A stretch of DNA of 64,000 bases from the human T2T-CHM13v2.0 reference genome, Homo sapiens, in the NCBI RefSeq assembly GCF_009914755.1, contig NC_060928.1; one strand, given 5' to 3'. The notes below the pieces were generated by a model. That model did no database searches, was not told where the DNA came from, and was given only the letters and a program-made list of their open reading frames with translations. Positions within the stretch are counted from its first letter, which is position 1. Each line of letters begins with the position of its first letter. Made by a program: the position numbers and the translations under genes. Positions 14,310 to 28,039 of this stretch are shown here, in pieces.

Positions 14310-14520
14310 AATCTGACTGTGGATTCAGAGTCAGAAGCCCTGGGTTCTGCTCCCTGCTGCATTTTCTTATTTTCTGTACCTTCTTGAACCTCAGGTCCCT
14401 CTCTGTAAAAAGAGGTAAGTAAAATCACATCTCACAGGGTTTTTGGAGGACCCTATGAGTTAATGTGGGATTTGAAAACTGTAGGAATGTTAAAACATTT
14501 TATTGTTATTATTTATGAGG
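14310..14520 (+). mobile_element. MIR SINE
   Basis: GAGTCAGAAGCCCTGGGTTCTGCTCCCTGC...GAACCTCAG...CTGTAAAAAGAGG...CTCACAGGGTTTTTGGAGGA. Confidence 0.7.
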
Positions 14521-16756
14521 TTATTTGGGTGCCAACAATTATACGAAGAGGATTATTTTGGCTTTCCTGAAATAGCAGCAGTGCTATAGTTGAAGTGACT
14601 TCACTGTTCTGCATGTCTGTGTGTGCACATGTGCAGATCCAGGCCAGGGCTAGGCAGTGAAGTTTATAGATTGTCTTTTGGGATAACGAGCTTTTGGGCT
14701 CTTGGTAGGCCTTCTAAATAATACATTGTTTTTCTTCTTTCTTTTCTTTTCACAGGAATTAGAATAATAGCTAAAATTTCTCACTTGTTTCTTAAGGAAG
14801 TTAGGAATACATCTTAATAAATCAAGAAGTTCAAACACATCATCCATAGCAACTTGAAGTAGACTCCTATTCTGTTTAACCATGCCTTTTGAGAGTCAAA
14901 ATCCAGGGATGCTCCCTACAGCCAGTCTTGAAGAACAGAAGGGGAACTACATGCCACCAGGCTATGGGAGCTGTTTCAGCAGCAGATCATTACCTAATCT
15001 CTTCCTGTCTCCCCGGTAGAGCTGAACAGAGCCTGTGAGAGAAAATTCCGGATGTTAAGGGAAGGAGAAAGAGGTATAGGTGTAGGGACTAAAAGTTGAT
15101 GTGGTATCATTCCTATGAAAAAAATAATCAGATTCATTTTTATATTTCCTAAGCACGCTTATATTTGGTGAAAAAAAAAGAGCACGTTAGAGACATTATT
15201 TATGATGGTCATGCCTCAAATCTTGTCTTTACTTACAGTTTCCATTTCCAAAACTCTCTTAAAGCTTCTAGTCTTTTTAAGCCTGAGTATTTTAATAGAA
15301 GTAAAGTCTCTCCTGTCAGAGTGCTATTCCCTAGACATGTTTGCCTCCAGGGTCTGAAAAGAAAGGAGTCCATTTTACACCCTGAAGCAGAGTGTACCCC
15401 TCTGTTCTCTTCAGACAGTGTGGGGAAGGATGTACCCCTTTAATCTCAAGAGGCAAGAAAATATCGAAACAGATGACTTTGGCAGGTTTGCTGAAGGCTG
15501 GCGGCAGGTTGGCCGGGCCGCAATCAGTGGCCTCCAGAGTTCAGCGTGACAGGAAGCAGGGGCTGCTGCTCTGCCTGGTCATTAGTGAGGAGCAAGAGAG
15601 CCTGATGATTAGTCCTTGCAGCACTGGAGAATGTTCCCATATCTGGCCCAGGGGACAGAGAGGTCCCAAAACATCCCAGACATTTGGTCGTCAGCGCTTT
15701 CATTCTCTCATCACTCAGGAAGTTAGAGAGAAGATAAAAACAAATTAAAGAATTTTTTTTAAAGCACTCAAGTTTTTCTTAACATTTTCCATTTCCTTTT
15801 ACAACACAAGTTTTAAACCTTGTGATGAAATGCTAAGTCACAGATGTAAAGGTGTCAAGAATTATAATTGCACGTTCCACACACAACCTTAGCTCCTCTG
15901 AGCATGCAAAAAAACCAGGAATTAAATAACTTGCTGATTCAACTTTGTCAATACAATGAATCATATTAACAAAATGTTAATGAATTAGTGAACTTCCGCA
16001 AAAGGTGAAGAACAGCCATGAGCATCAGCATTATCTTGAGATGTTAGGGAGAAAGGGTGGTGGGAGGGATTGGGAGGTAGCAGCAGCACCAGCACAGAAA
16101 CAAGGGCCAGAAACAGGCCTCCTGCAGGGGCAGCCACTTCCTCCTCCTGCCTGCTTAGCCCTGCTCTGCAGACACACAATAATCACCCCAGCGGGTCTAG
16201 GGATCAAATGACGGCACTGCTGAAGGATTAAGAGCAACTCTATCCTCTTGGCTTGGACTTTGGAATTTTCATTAAAATGACCTTGGGTGTGGTGAGAAAG
16301 GAATTCAGACAACAGGGATCAAGTCTTAAACATCTCACCTGGGAAAACAACCGAAGGGCCCCTTCAGAGAGAGCTTTCTTTCTGGGACTCAGGCAGAGTT
16401 GTCACACTTGTTTTCCTAAGTGTTTCTCACATGGGATTAGCCTCCAGATATGTGAAAAGTGAGGAGTTGAAGGTCTGAGGTAGGCAGAATGAGGCAAAAA
16501 ATAAATTACAATGTGCTAGTGCAGGCTGGACTTCTTAACGTTCTCAAAGCTCTGTAATGTTTGACTTGTTGAGAGATTGCCCTCTTCCTCTCCTCATCTC
16601 ATTGCTCTCAATGGAAGGAGCTGGGGCTCCATCTGCAATTCATGGTGGGTTATTGTAAAAAGCACTGTAGAGACTGGGTTGGCCTTATGTAGGCAGCAGC
16701 CTGTAGTCCAGCAGACGTGGATAGATGGCTGCAGGCTTGAGACTTAGGTAATTTGA

Positions 16757-17061
16757 GGCCGGGCATGATGGCTCACACCAGTAATCCCAGCACTTTGGGA
16801 GGCTGAGGTGGGCGGATCACGAGGTCAAGAGATCGAGACCATGCTGGCCAACATGGTGAAACCCCGTCTCTACTAAAAATACAAAAATTAGCTGGGTGTG
16901 GTGGTGCATGCCTGTAGTCCCAAGTATTTGGGAAGCTGAGGCAGGAGAATCGCTTCAACCTGAGAGGTGGAGGTTGCAGTGAGCTGAGATTCTGCCACTA
17001 GACTCCAGCCTGGCGACAGAGTGAGACTCTGCCTCAAAAAAAAAAAAAAAAAAAAAAAAAA
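16757..17061 (+). mobile_element. Alu SINE, AluSc-like
   Basis: GGATCACGAGGTCAAGAGATCGAGACCATGCTGGCCAACATGG; long pure poly(A) tail. Confidence 0.95.
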
Positions 17062-17615
17062 GTAACTGGAGAAAGGGTACAGGCCTCAGAAATTTAATAT
17101 CAGAAATGGGAGGACTTGGGAGAAAAAGTAATCTGCTGATGACTACCACAAAGTATGTAAAAAGAGAATAGGTTTCTCAGTGTGGCTCCTATGTCTGTGG
17201 GCTCCTGAAGTGGGCTTAGCTGAAGTAGGAAAAATCATAGAAAGGTCCTCTTATAGCATCACTAACGAAATCAACAGATGTAGGCTAGGAAATGGCAATG
17301 ACTAGACGTCAGAAAAAGGTTAGACAGTGAAGGTTCTGCTGAGACAGAACTGCAAGGAAGTTTTTTGGTCTTTGTCCATGCCCAGCAAGGTGTGGATCCT
17401 GATGTCTATCACATCTAGGATTGGCCATGCTTGGTTCTTAAACCAGTGGGGTCCAGTCTGATCATGTAAAGGACCGTCTTCTCCCATCAGTGCTTAGAGT
17501 AGTGAGGAGATGGGACCTGGTTCTGGTACTTGTGATCAGAGTGCCGGCAATTAAATTTGGCCCTTGGGATTTGTAAATTATTACATAAAGCTGCAAGTTT
17601 CCAATCTAACCACTG

Positions 17616-17650
17616 TCATCATCATCGTCATCACCATCATCATCATCATT
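17616..17650. repeat. Imperfect (CAT)n trinucleotide repeat
   Basis: TCATCATCATCGTCATCACCATCATCATCATCATT. Confidence 0.9.
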
Positions 17651-18539
17651 ATAGCTACCTATCAAAGGATAAACTCCGTTAGACATGGTATATACTGTTT
17701 GTAATCTTTTCTGATTTGGGAGACCAAGGAAATGAGTATCCTTATAATGTCTGATGCTCTAAAATACTAGAGCTCAACAGTTTTTTGAGGTCAGATTTTT
17801 AGTGATATGACCAGAGAGCTAGAGAAAGCACTTTGCAGTGTGAGAGAGAAGAAAGCAAAATTATATACATAGGCAATGGGGTTGGCTAGAGAGTTACGAG
17901 GGTTTTGGTTGTTCTTAAGCCACAGACTCCATTTTATTCATAGGTTCTACAAAACATTTTTTTTATGATAAAATTTTCTTTTTGCTGAAACTATGGAGGT
18001 TTATGTCACTTGCATAAGATAGTCTGAATTAGTAAATGTTAATAAAGCCTACCCTTCTTGTAAAGAAAAAGTTACAAAGAAAGAATAAAATGATTGTAAA
18101 GGTTAATAAAAGGATATAGGAAAATAATGGCTTACCATTCCATACTTGCCTAGAGCAGAGCTCCATAACCTGTGTTAGGAGAAGATAACTTTATCTCCAA
18201 TTGCAAACCAAATTAAAAATATCATATATTGATACCTAAAGAATTGTTCTCCATAATGTCTCTGATTCATAAAGCTAAATGGTGTGTATTCCAAAGACTA
18301 TAAGTAGACCTTTTTGCTTTTTTAAAATTTGTGAATGTCTGAAGCTCTCTATCTTTTTGGTTTTGTAAGTTTGGAAGAGGAAGGAAATATTCAACTCTTT
18401 TTTTTTAAACTATATTTCACACCATGTTTACATGATAATGGATAGAAAATTGTAGCTTAATGAAATCATTACATTCTTCTGTTTCAATATGGGGAAAGAG
18501 TTCACAAATTTATATTGAAAGAAAGTCAATGGCTACATG

Positions 18540-20830
18540 ATGTATACTTAGAAAATCTAAAAGAATCTGCATGTACACTATTATAAGTGAATTTAACAAG
18601 TTCACTGGATATAGTATCAATGTATAAAAGTCCATTGTATTAATATATGCCAGTAAAAAATGAATAGTTAATAAAAATTGTAAAATATACTGTTCAGAAT
18701 ATAGTTAATTTAGAGCACCTGTGAATGCTTATCTCCAAAATGGCCTACTTGCAAGGTTGGCCCTTAGCTAGCATATGGGAACTTGGATTTCTACAGGGTT
18801 CTCATGACCCCAGCTGATAAGAGTTTTTCACTGTATCTATACTGTGTGCAAACAATGTGGTATATTTTGAACATCTGTTTCCCTCTGGGAGTCTGGAATT
18901 TTGGTATGTTGGGCACAGAATCTCCAGTGAGTTTTCCTGGTAGACAACATTCTGTACCTCACAATTTATTGCTGGGGGAATTAAGCTTATCCTGTGAGAT
19001 TCTCCTGGGAGAGAACTTTTTGAAGCGTGTACTTGGTGTAATCTAGACTTCACCCAATGCTCCCTTTCCTTTTGTTGATATTGCTTTGCATCTGTTTGTA
19101 GCTCTAAATCATATTCATGAATATAACCATATGCTGGGTCCTTTGGGTCCACCTAGCAAATCATCAAACCGAAAGATGCTCTTGGGGACCTTAGATAGAA
19201 ATATCATTTACTGTGATAGTAAGAAACATAAAAAACTGGAAACAAGTATGATAAAAGATATACAATATCATTACATCTAAAACTTTAAAATATTATTGAG
19301 AACAATTAAAGAAGACCTAAGTAAATACTGTGTTCATGGATTGGAAGATTCAATACTGCTAATATCTCAATTCTTTCTAAATTAATTGATAAAGTCAATG
19401 GAATAAAAATAATAATTCCAGCAGATTTTTAAAGGAAGTTAAATTTGATAAGCTGATTCTAAAATTTACGTGAAAAGACAAAGGGCTAAGAATAACCAGG
19501 ACAAACTTGAAGCAGAATAAAGCTACCTAATGTCAAGATTTATTTTAAAGATATAGTAAGTAATTGAGAGAATATGACATTGGCATAAGAGTGGACAAAC
19601 TGACCATTGGAACAAGATAGGAAGTCCAGAGACACACCTACACATATATGTTCAAATGGCTTATGATAGAAGTATAGAGGGGAAAGGATTATCTGTTTAG
19701 TAAATAGTGCTGCATTTATCAGATAGCCACATGGCAAAAAACATATCATGTACACAAAAGTCAATTCCAGATGGACTGTAGATCTAAATGTGAAAGACAA
19801 AATTATAAAACATTTAGAATAAACATAGATGAACATCTTTCTGACTTCGGAGTAGGCAAACTTGTTAAAATAGGAATCAAATACCCTCACATGCAAGAAA
19901 ATAGTGATACAATAGAGTAAATAAAAGCAGGACCTTCTGTTTCTCAAAAGACTGAATTATAGAGTGGAAAAAGTACTTGCAGTACACATATCTAACAAAG
20001 GACTTATCTCCATAATATGTTAGCAAATTTCACAATTATTAAGAAAAATCAACAACAGCCCAATAGGAGAGTGGGCAAAAACTTCACAAAAGAGACAATC
20101 AAGTGTATAATAAACATATGAAAAGGTGCTCAATTGTATTAAACTTAAACAATTCTGTAAACTAAAACCACAGTGGGATACCACCAACATGGCTACATAA
20201 AAATGATGGAAACTATCAAGTATTGGTGAGGGAACTGGCCCTCTTATACAGGACAGATCAAAGGGAAAATTTGTTACAAACTGGTTTAGCAGTATCTACT
20301 AAAGGGGAGCATATGCATATCCTATAACTAGGTAATTCTCCTCTTAGGTATATACCCAGCAAAAATTCATTCATATGAGCAAAAGATATGTGCTAGGATA
20401 TCACTGCAGTCCATTGATAATAGCCAAAAAATTGGAAAATAAGCAGTATTCATCAACAGTAGAATGGATAAGTAAATTGTACCGTCTTCAAAAAATGGGT
20501 TAGTATATAACAATAACAGTGAATGGTCTACAATACATGCAGCAATGTAAGTGAGTCTCATAATGCTGAATGAAGAAACCTACAGAAGACTACATACTGG
20601 ATAGTTCCTTTTATAAAGTAGGAAAAAGGTAAAATCAATCTACCATGTTAGAAGTCAGGCTCATAGTACCTTAGGATGAACAGTCATGGGGAAGAGAGTG
20701 CAGGAGTGGTAGAGATTTTTGTGATACTGGGGAGGTTTGAGGGCTACTTTACAGGTTGTGTTTAGTTTCGAAAAATTCAGCAAGCTGTACACATATGATA
20801 TAGAAACTTTTCTTTCAATGTGTTTTTTTT
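18540..20830 (+). mobile_element. Ancient L1M (L1ME-like), 3' half of ORF2 plus 3' UTR, interrupted by an LTR
   Basis: TGTTCATGGATTGGAAGATTCAATA, AAGCTGATTCTAAAATTTAC, AAACATATGAAAAGGTGCTCAA, GTTAGAAGTCAGG; highly diverged. Confidence 0.85.
18691..19199 (+). mobile_element. Solo ERVL-class LTR (LTR47-like) nested in L1M
   Basis: TG start; GGCCTACTTGCAAGGTTGGCCCTT, CTGGGAGTCTGGAATTTTGGTA, CCTGGTAGACAACATT, TCTTGGGGACC near the end; L1 resumes on both sides. Confidence 0.75.
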
Positions 20831-21164
20831 TTTATCAAAAAGCTAAAAAGACAGTATTGGTGGTTTTAAAGTGCTCTGTTTTGGTTTCAGAATTCTGATG
20901 TAGTCATTTGATTAAACTGTTTAAGGATTGTGTTTGAGGAATTTTATCACTTATCATTAAACTATTAGTCTCACGGTGAAAATCTGATATAATACAGCGG
21001 AGATATGTCCCAAGTGCTTCAGGAGGACCGAGAATGAAATGGCTAATGTGCGGAAGTGGGAGTAGGAATTCGGGGAGAGCTTCATGGAGAGTATGATGTT
21101 TAAGGAGAGCTTTGAGAAGAAGGAATTGGAATAAGCCAGTGCCTTTTCTACTTTGTCCTTTGAT

Positions 21165-21347
21165 ATCATTACGTTTTAACTTTGGCTGCACATTAAAATA
21201 ACCTGTGCAGCTTTAATACATTGAAGCTAGAAATCCATCTTCATTCAGAAATTCTGATTTAATTGATCTGCAGCTGGGAGCTGGGCAGCCGTAATTTTTC
21301 ATAGTTTTCAAGTCATTTTGATGTGCAACCAGGGCTGCGAATTACTG
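21165..21347. mobile_element. MER5-family hAT MITE
   Basis: AACTTTGGCTGCACATTAAAATAACCTG...ATTCTGATTTAATTG...GATGTGCAACCAGGGCTGCGAATTACTG. Confidence 0.75.
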
Positions 21348-21670
21348 ATTTAGGCAGACAGTGAGAAAGTCAGTCAAGGAGTAGAAAGGAGTGCAGGACA
21401 GTGGCAGGAAACTGTAAATGACTTAGAAAGGCTGCATCACAGGAAGTTAGCAAGGCAGGTTAGGAAGGGTCTGAATGGAGAGCCAATCTAAGGAGTATGG
21501 CTCTTCAGTAGGCAAAGGGAAGACAGTGGAGTATTGTAGGCTGATGGCTGAAAGGATCAGATTTTCAATGAGCTCTTTAGAAAGATCACACTGGCTGGAG
21601 TCTGAAGAATGAACTGGAAGGAACAAGACTGCTGGAAAGAAAATCAGACTTTAATTAGCTGCCTTTACAC

Positions 21671-21980
21671 TTTTTTTTTTTTTTTTAAACAGTCAGGGGC
21701 TTGCTCTGCCACCCAGGCTGGAGTGTAGTGGTGCAATCCTAGCTCACTGCACTCTCGAACTCTTGGGCTCCAAGGACCCTGTCAGCTCAGCCTCTGTAGT
21801 AGCTGGGACTGCAGGCACCCAGCATGGTGCTTGGCTAGTTAAAATTTTTTTTGTTGTTAAAATAGAGATGGGGTATCGCTTTATTGCCCAGGCTGGTCTC
21901 AAACTCCTGGCTTCAAGTGATTCTCCCAACTTGGCTTCCCACAGTGTTGGGATTACAGGTGTGAGCCACTGCATCTGGCC
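21671..21980 (-). mobile_element. Alu SINE, AluJ-like
   Basis: poly(T), CCCAGGCTGGAGTGTAGTGGTGCAATCCTAGCTCACTGCA, ends GCATCTGGCC. Confidence 0.93.
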
Positions 21981-23262
21981 CTTAATGCTATTTTACAAGT
22001 TTCTGGGTCCTTATAATTGTTCCTAGTTATAAATCCATTTCCTTTCCTTTGGTGAACATGCACGTCCCTCACCCAGGAATGCTCTTGCCTACCCTTTTAG
22101 ACTGCTTGCTTGTCTTCTAATCTTAGCTTAAACATCATCTTCTTTGGAAAACCTTTCTTACCCCTTCTAAGAAAAACTTTTCAACACATAGAAATAAGGC
22201 AAAACAGAGGTGATATCAATGGCATTATTTGTCTGTATCATTCATGGATTATTTACTTCTTTAGAAGATCGCACTTGTGTTAATTTTGTTATTTACTAGT
22301 TGATTAAAGTTTAGACATCATGAAGTTACATGGTAACTGTGTAGTATAAATGATAACCCAAAGATTATAATTTTGTTGCTTTCTGGGACATTAATCAGTT
22401 TCGTATCTAACTAATAATCCTATTCTGAATTCATCTTTTAGAGATGTCCATGAATTCCCAATTCTTCAAATGACCTTTGAGCCAGCTTTATCTCTTACTG
22501 GTTCCCTCATTAATGAGCTAAATAAGACTTTGACACCAATTCACATGATTATATGAGAATCTTGGTTTAGCTTTTTGAAAATTTTACTTTGTCATCCTCT
22601 AAGATTGAGTTAGGTCTTGTTTCCCACAGACTGTTCGGCCCCATTATAGCTTGAACTTACTGCCTTCAGGCACCGGGGCCATTTTGACCACTCCTAACCC
22701 TCTTGACCCACCTTTGTTTCTCAGGGTACCAGGTTGTAGAATCATGTATGTTTTAAAATTAAAAAAAAAACATTAAAATATCCACTTTTTTGAAGTCTAG
22801 GACAGTAACCTGAATATGCCTTATGTTTCTTTCCCAGGATTTTATGAACACTAAAGGTGACAAGGTTTCTCTTTAACTTTGCATAACAGTTTTCATCATT
22901 GATTAGAATTTTGTCAAGGGTAATGATTGTTTTAGTTGACGCTCAACTCTATAAATTTAACATAAGAACTGGCTTTCAAAAAATTTATAATTGACAAGTG
23001 CATTGTTAAACTCTCTACTGATTAAGTTTCTTTATGAATAAAACTTGGATGTGATTCATCTTGATAACACATAAATATTTCAGCTAAAAAAAATCACACA
23101 TGCTTATTAGAAAAGGGGATGGAGGGGAAAAAAAGAGTCAACCATAATTTTTTTTTTTTTAACCTAAAGGAAACCATTGGCCAAAATTTAATTGTTATTT
23201 TGGAGATTTTTTTCTATGTATAATTTTTCAAAAAGTAGTTGTAATATTTCAAATAGTTGTAA

Positions 23263-23583
<321 letters not shown>

Positions 23584-24093
23584 ACATCATACATTTTAAA
23601 ACTTAATTTTGCATTATGTCCCTTTTCCATATTATTATACTCTTATAGATACATTTTTTAAATAGCAAAATTCATAACTCTCAAGTAAATTAAACAAGGT
23701 TCTTAATTATTGCTCTTTCTTGAATTTGTTTGATTTTAGTCACTTATAAAACTAGCATATTGTCATTCAAAAGCACAGTGAAAAATTCCTTCAATTTGTA
23801 TGAAATATTTAATGGCTGAAGTGTAAATTCTGTGCCACTAATAAAAATTAGAAATTTTGGGTATCTTCTGCAATATTCCACTACTGTGATGTTCTTCTTA
23901 TCATTCTGGGTGAGTAGGTTGACTCCTTCCTTTCAGATGGTCTCAGGCACTGCAGGGGTCAAGGAAGAGTTATAACCAATATAATTTAGAGGGGATGAAA
24001 GTTATGTCACATTTCTTTCTCCTATTCTGTGTGTTTCTTTATTCTTGAAGTATTAATTCCCAGATTCATTATTATTCTTGTCTTAACTGTCAC

Positions 24094-24258
24094 CAGGGTC
24101 AAGATTAAGGTCAGGCCAGAGAGGTGCCCAGGGTGCAAAATAATAAGGAAAGACTCACTCCCAGGGTCGCACAAGTGCAGGGTCAATACCTCAGAGTGAG
24201 TGTCTCCTCAAATTTTGCTTACAAGTTATCTGACTTTCCTCAACCTAGTCCTAGCCAA
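24094..24258. mobile_element. MER96-like hAT MITE (palindromic)
   Basis: CAGGG start; GCAAAATAATAAGGAAAGACTCACTC mirrored by GAGTGAGTGTCTCCTCAAATTTTGC. Confidence 0.7.
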
Positions 24259-24354
24259 TATCTACTCTATTCAGAGAGATGACATTCCTGGAAAATAAGG
24301 CATGATGTTAGTTTGAACTTATCGTAAGTAATTATCCATCTGAATTCTACACTT

Positions 24355-24510
24355 TTGCTCCTCTAAGTGTGGAGTGTGGATCAGCAGTACTACCTGGGAG
24401 CTTGTTAGAAATACAAAATCTATAGCCTCATTCACAAATAAAACTGCATTTTAAGAAGATCTTTTGGTAATGATTCTTATACATGTTATATTTTGAAAAG
24501 CATTCCTCTA
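24355..24510. mobile_element. MER5-family hAT MITE
   Basis: AAGTGTGG...CAGCAG...ACCTGGGAGCTTGTTAGAAATACAAAATC...CTGCATTTTAAGAAGATC. Confidence 0.7.
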
Positions 24511-24950
24511 GGGAATTGTCACTGTGACAGAGATTGCTGCCTCAGGTGTTGGGTATTAGGGCATCACGGGTTTTTTTGGGAGGTAGTCATTGTGATGAGG
24601 GCAGGTTCCAAAGAGTTTAGAATATTTGCACATTTTACTATAGGCTCAGGTATGTTCTTCATGGAAACAAAAACTTTAGATTGTAGGCTCCTTTTCAACA
24701 TTAAGTACTCTTAGCTTTGGAAATGTCTCAATTTACCTAAGGTATTTTTTTTTTCTGACTGTACTATTAGCTTCAATAGTTGCATTGTTATTTCTCAAAA
24801 TATATTTTAGTTTTCTGCCCCCACATGTTTGGAAATATCTTAAAAATCATGCTTATTTTTACATGTAATTGTAAGCTAAAATGAAGGTGGTTAGATTCCC
24901 TTCCACCACAAAGATGGATGCTGTGTTCTTTTCACAATTTTGCATGAGAA

Positions 24951-25000
24951 TACACACACACACACACACACACACACACGCGTGCGCGTGCACACACACA
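24951..25000. repeat. Compound (CA)n/(CG)/(TG) microsatellite
   Basis: TACACA...CACGCGTGCGCGTGCACACACACA. Confidence 0.95.
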
Positions 25001-26614
25001 GTATAATTCCAGTTTTGTTTATAACTATTAAGGAAAGATTCACAGAGTCAAGGTAGAAAACCTGACTTAAATAAGGATGCAGAATTCCAAGTGAGATTTA
25101 GCTAGTCCCAGTGTTAACAATTTTACCTTCTCACTGTTTTTGTTTCCACATTTATTTATAATGAAATAAATAATATAGTTTTAGTTAGACTGTTAATCCT
25201 GTCTCCTGCAAAGTAGGTTATATTGCGTTGTTTCACCCATTTTGTAGATGGCAGATAGGAAATTTCCTTTTCCTTGGATCATCCTTTATTTTCACTTTTT
25301 ATAATGCAAATTCATTTATAATTACTTTTTTGGTGTTTTAAGTAACAGTGGAGTTAAGTTCCTGTCCCTGCGATGGCAGAGTAGTTCGTGTCAGACTAAC
25401 TCTTCTAGAGATAACAATCATAGATTCTGCAAAATATATGAAAGGAAACAAACCATTATTATTTGAAGACACTGGAGAGTTACCCAAAGCAAGCAGAAAC
25501 TGAAAGGAATTTATCCTTGAAAGACAGGCAGTTTGCTGGGTGAGATTTACATTTTTATAATGTTTTTTGTTCCTAAGTGGATAACCCAATCTATGGAGTA
25601 TTGTCTGGGACAACTAGTACTCAAGGAGAAAGCTGCCATCTTATTGACTTGATGTATAAGGGTATAGAGTTTGGGACTACAAGAGTGATTAGAAATTTAG
25701 AGGGGAAATCTTATGAAGGAGGGAGCACTAAATTCTATGAATAAAGTCTCTCAAATCTTTGGCTGATACTTGATCTTCATATGCACAGAGGAGGCTTCAA
25801 GGATTCCAGTAGAAAGCAACAGTGGAAAGGCTAAAGGAGCTGAAGAGACATTTGAACAGACTCCCACCAAAGAGGAGGTAGTTTAGAGTCCTGCTTATTT
25901 GGAAGGGCTTGATATGTGCCTTGGTGCCTTGGGCTTTCTACTGAAACCCCAAGAGGGCCACACTTTGGAAGTAAAGACAAAGTTCTAAGACTAGAGAATT
26001 TTCCCTAGTAAGAGGGCTAAATTTAAAAAGACACGCACTAACAAACTCCCCACATCTATGGAAGTTCTATTTTAAAAAGCCTCTTCAAAATCAAGTTGAT
26101 CAACCAGTAATTAAACTGCATGCTAGAACAAAAATCAACACCCTTCAGAGTATATAACAGAATCAAGTGTCTCTTAAATGTATTATTCTCACTATCATAT
26201 GCAATAAAAATGTTTATACATGTGAACAAACAGGAATATACTACCTGTAGTCATGGGAAAAGGCAGATTACAGAAATAGATGGACTTGACTTAAATGTTG
26301 AAATAAGAAGACGAGGACTTTAAAATAGCTTTATATGTTCAAAGACTTAAAGAAAAGGATGTTCATAATGAGAAAACAAATGGGGATTCTCAGGAGAGGA
26401 ATGAAACCTACAAAAAAGAAGCAAATATAAATTCTAAAATAGAGAAATGCAATAACTGAAAAGAAATATTCAATGGCTAGGCTTAACAGTAGATTGAAGA
26501 CAGCAGAAGAAAGTCACTGAACTTGCATACAGGTTAATAAAACTTATCCATTTTGAAGAAGACAGGGAAAAATCACTGAAAAATAAGTGAATGGAGTCCT
26601 AGTGACTTATGGTG

Positions 26615-26926
26615 CAAAGGCCAGATAGACTTCCAGTTGATTATGTAAGATTCAAAATCCCTAAATTTGAAGTTTTTCTTCTGTATCACAACTGACTGCA
26701 TGTGAAAGCATATCACCTGGTCTTCTTTACATCACTATTGGGGAATTAGGTTTTAGGGAACAAGCACAAATGCTAATACTCTTGCTACTATTATTGTTGT
26801 GAGTAATTGTCCTTCATTTCTGATCTAGGAGTCTTGTGTCTTCTGCCAGCATCAGTAAATTTGTGTCAGGTTAACTTATTAGCTTGCAAGTGAAGTAAAT
26901 TCTCAAGCCCCTCTCAATCTTTGATA
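26615..26926 (+). mobile_element. ERVL-class LTR 3' fragment (MER70/MER76-like)
   Basis: GGAGTCTTGTGTCTTCTGCCAGCATC...CAGGTTAACTTATTAGCTTGCAAGT. Confidence 0.55.
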
Positions 26927-27275
26927 GTTCTTTGATCACAATGGAATTAAACTGGAATCAATAACAATAATATAATCAGAAAAATCCATGAATAGTTGAA
27001 AATTAAAAAAACCACTTCTATATAACTCATGTGTTGAAGAAGTCACAAGCTAAATTAGAGAATGTGGTTAACTAATGAATGCACATCAAAATGGGGATAG
27101 AGATAAATATTGTATGGAGGCAAATTGATAGCTTTAATATTAGCAAAGAAAAAAATGTTTACAATCAATGAGCCCTGTTTTCCTTTAAGCTAAAAGAAGA
27201 GCAAATCAAAGCCAAAGTAATTAAAAGGAAGGAAATAAAAAGATAACATTAGCAATCAATAAAATATAGAACAGA

Positions 27276-28039
<764 letters not shown>

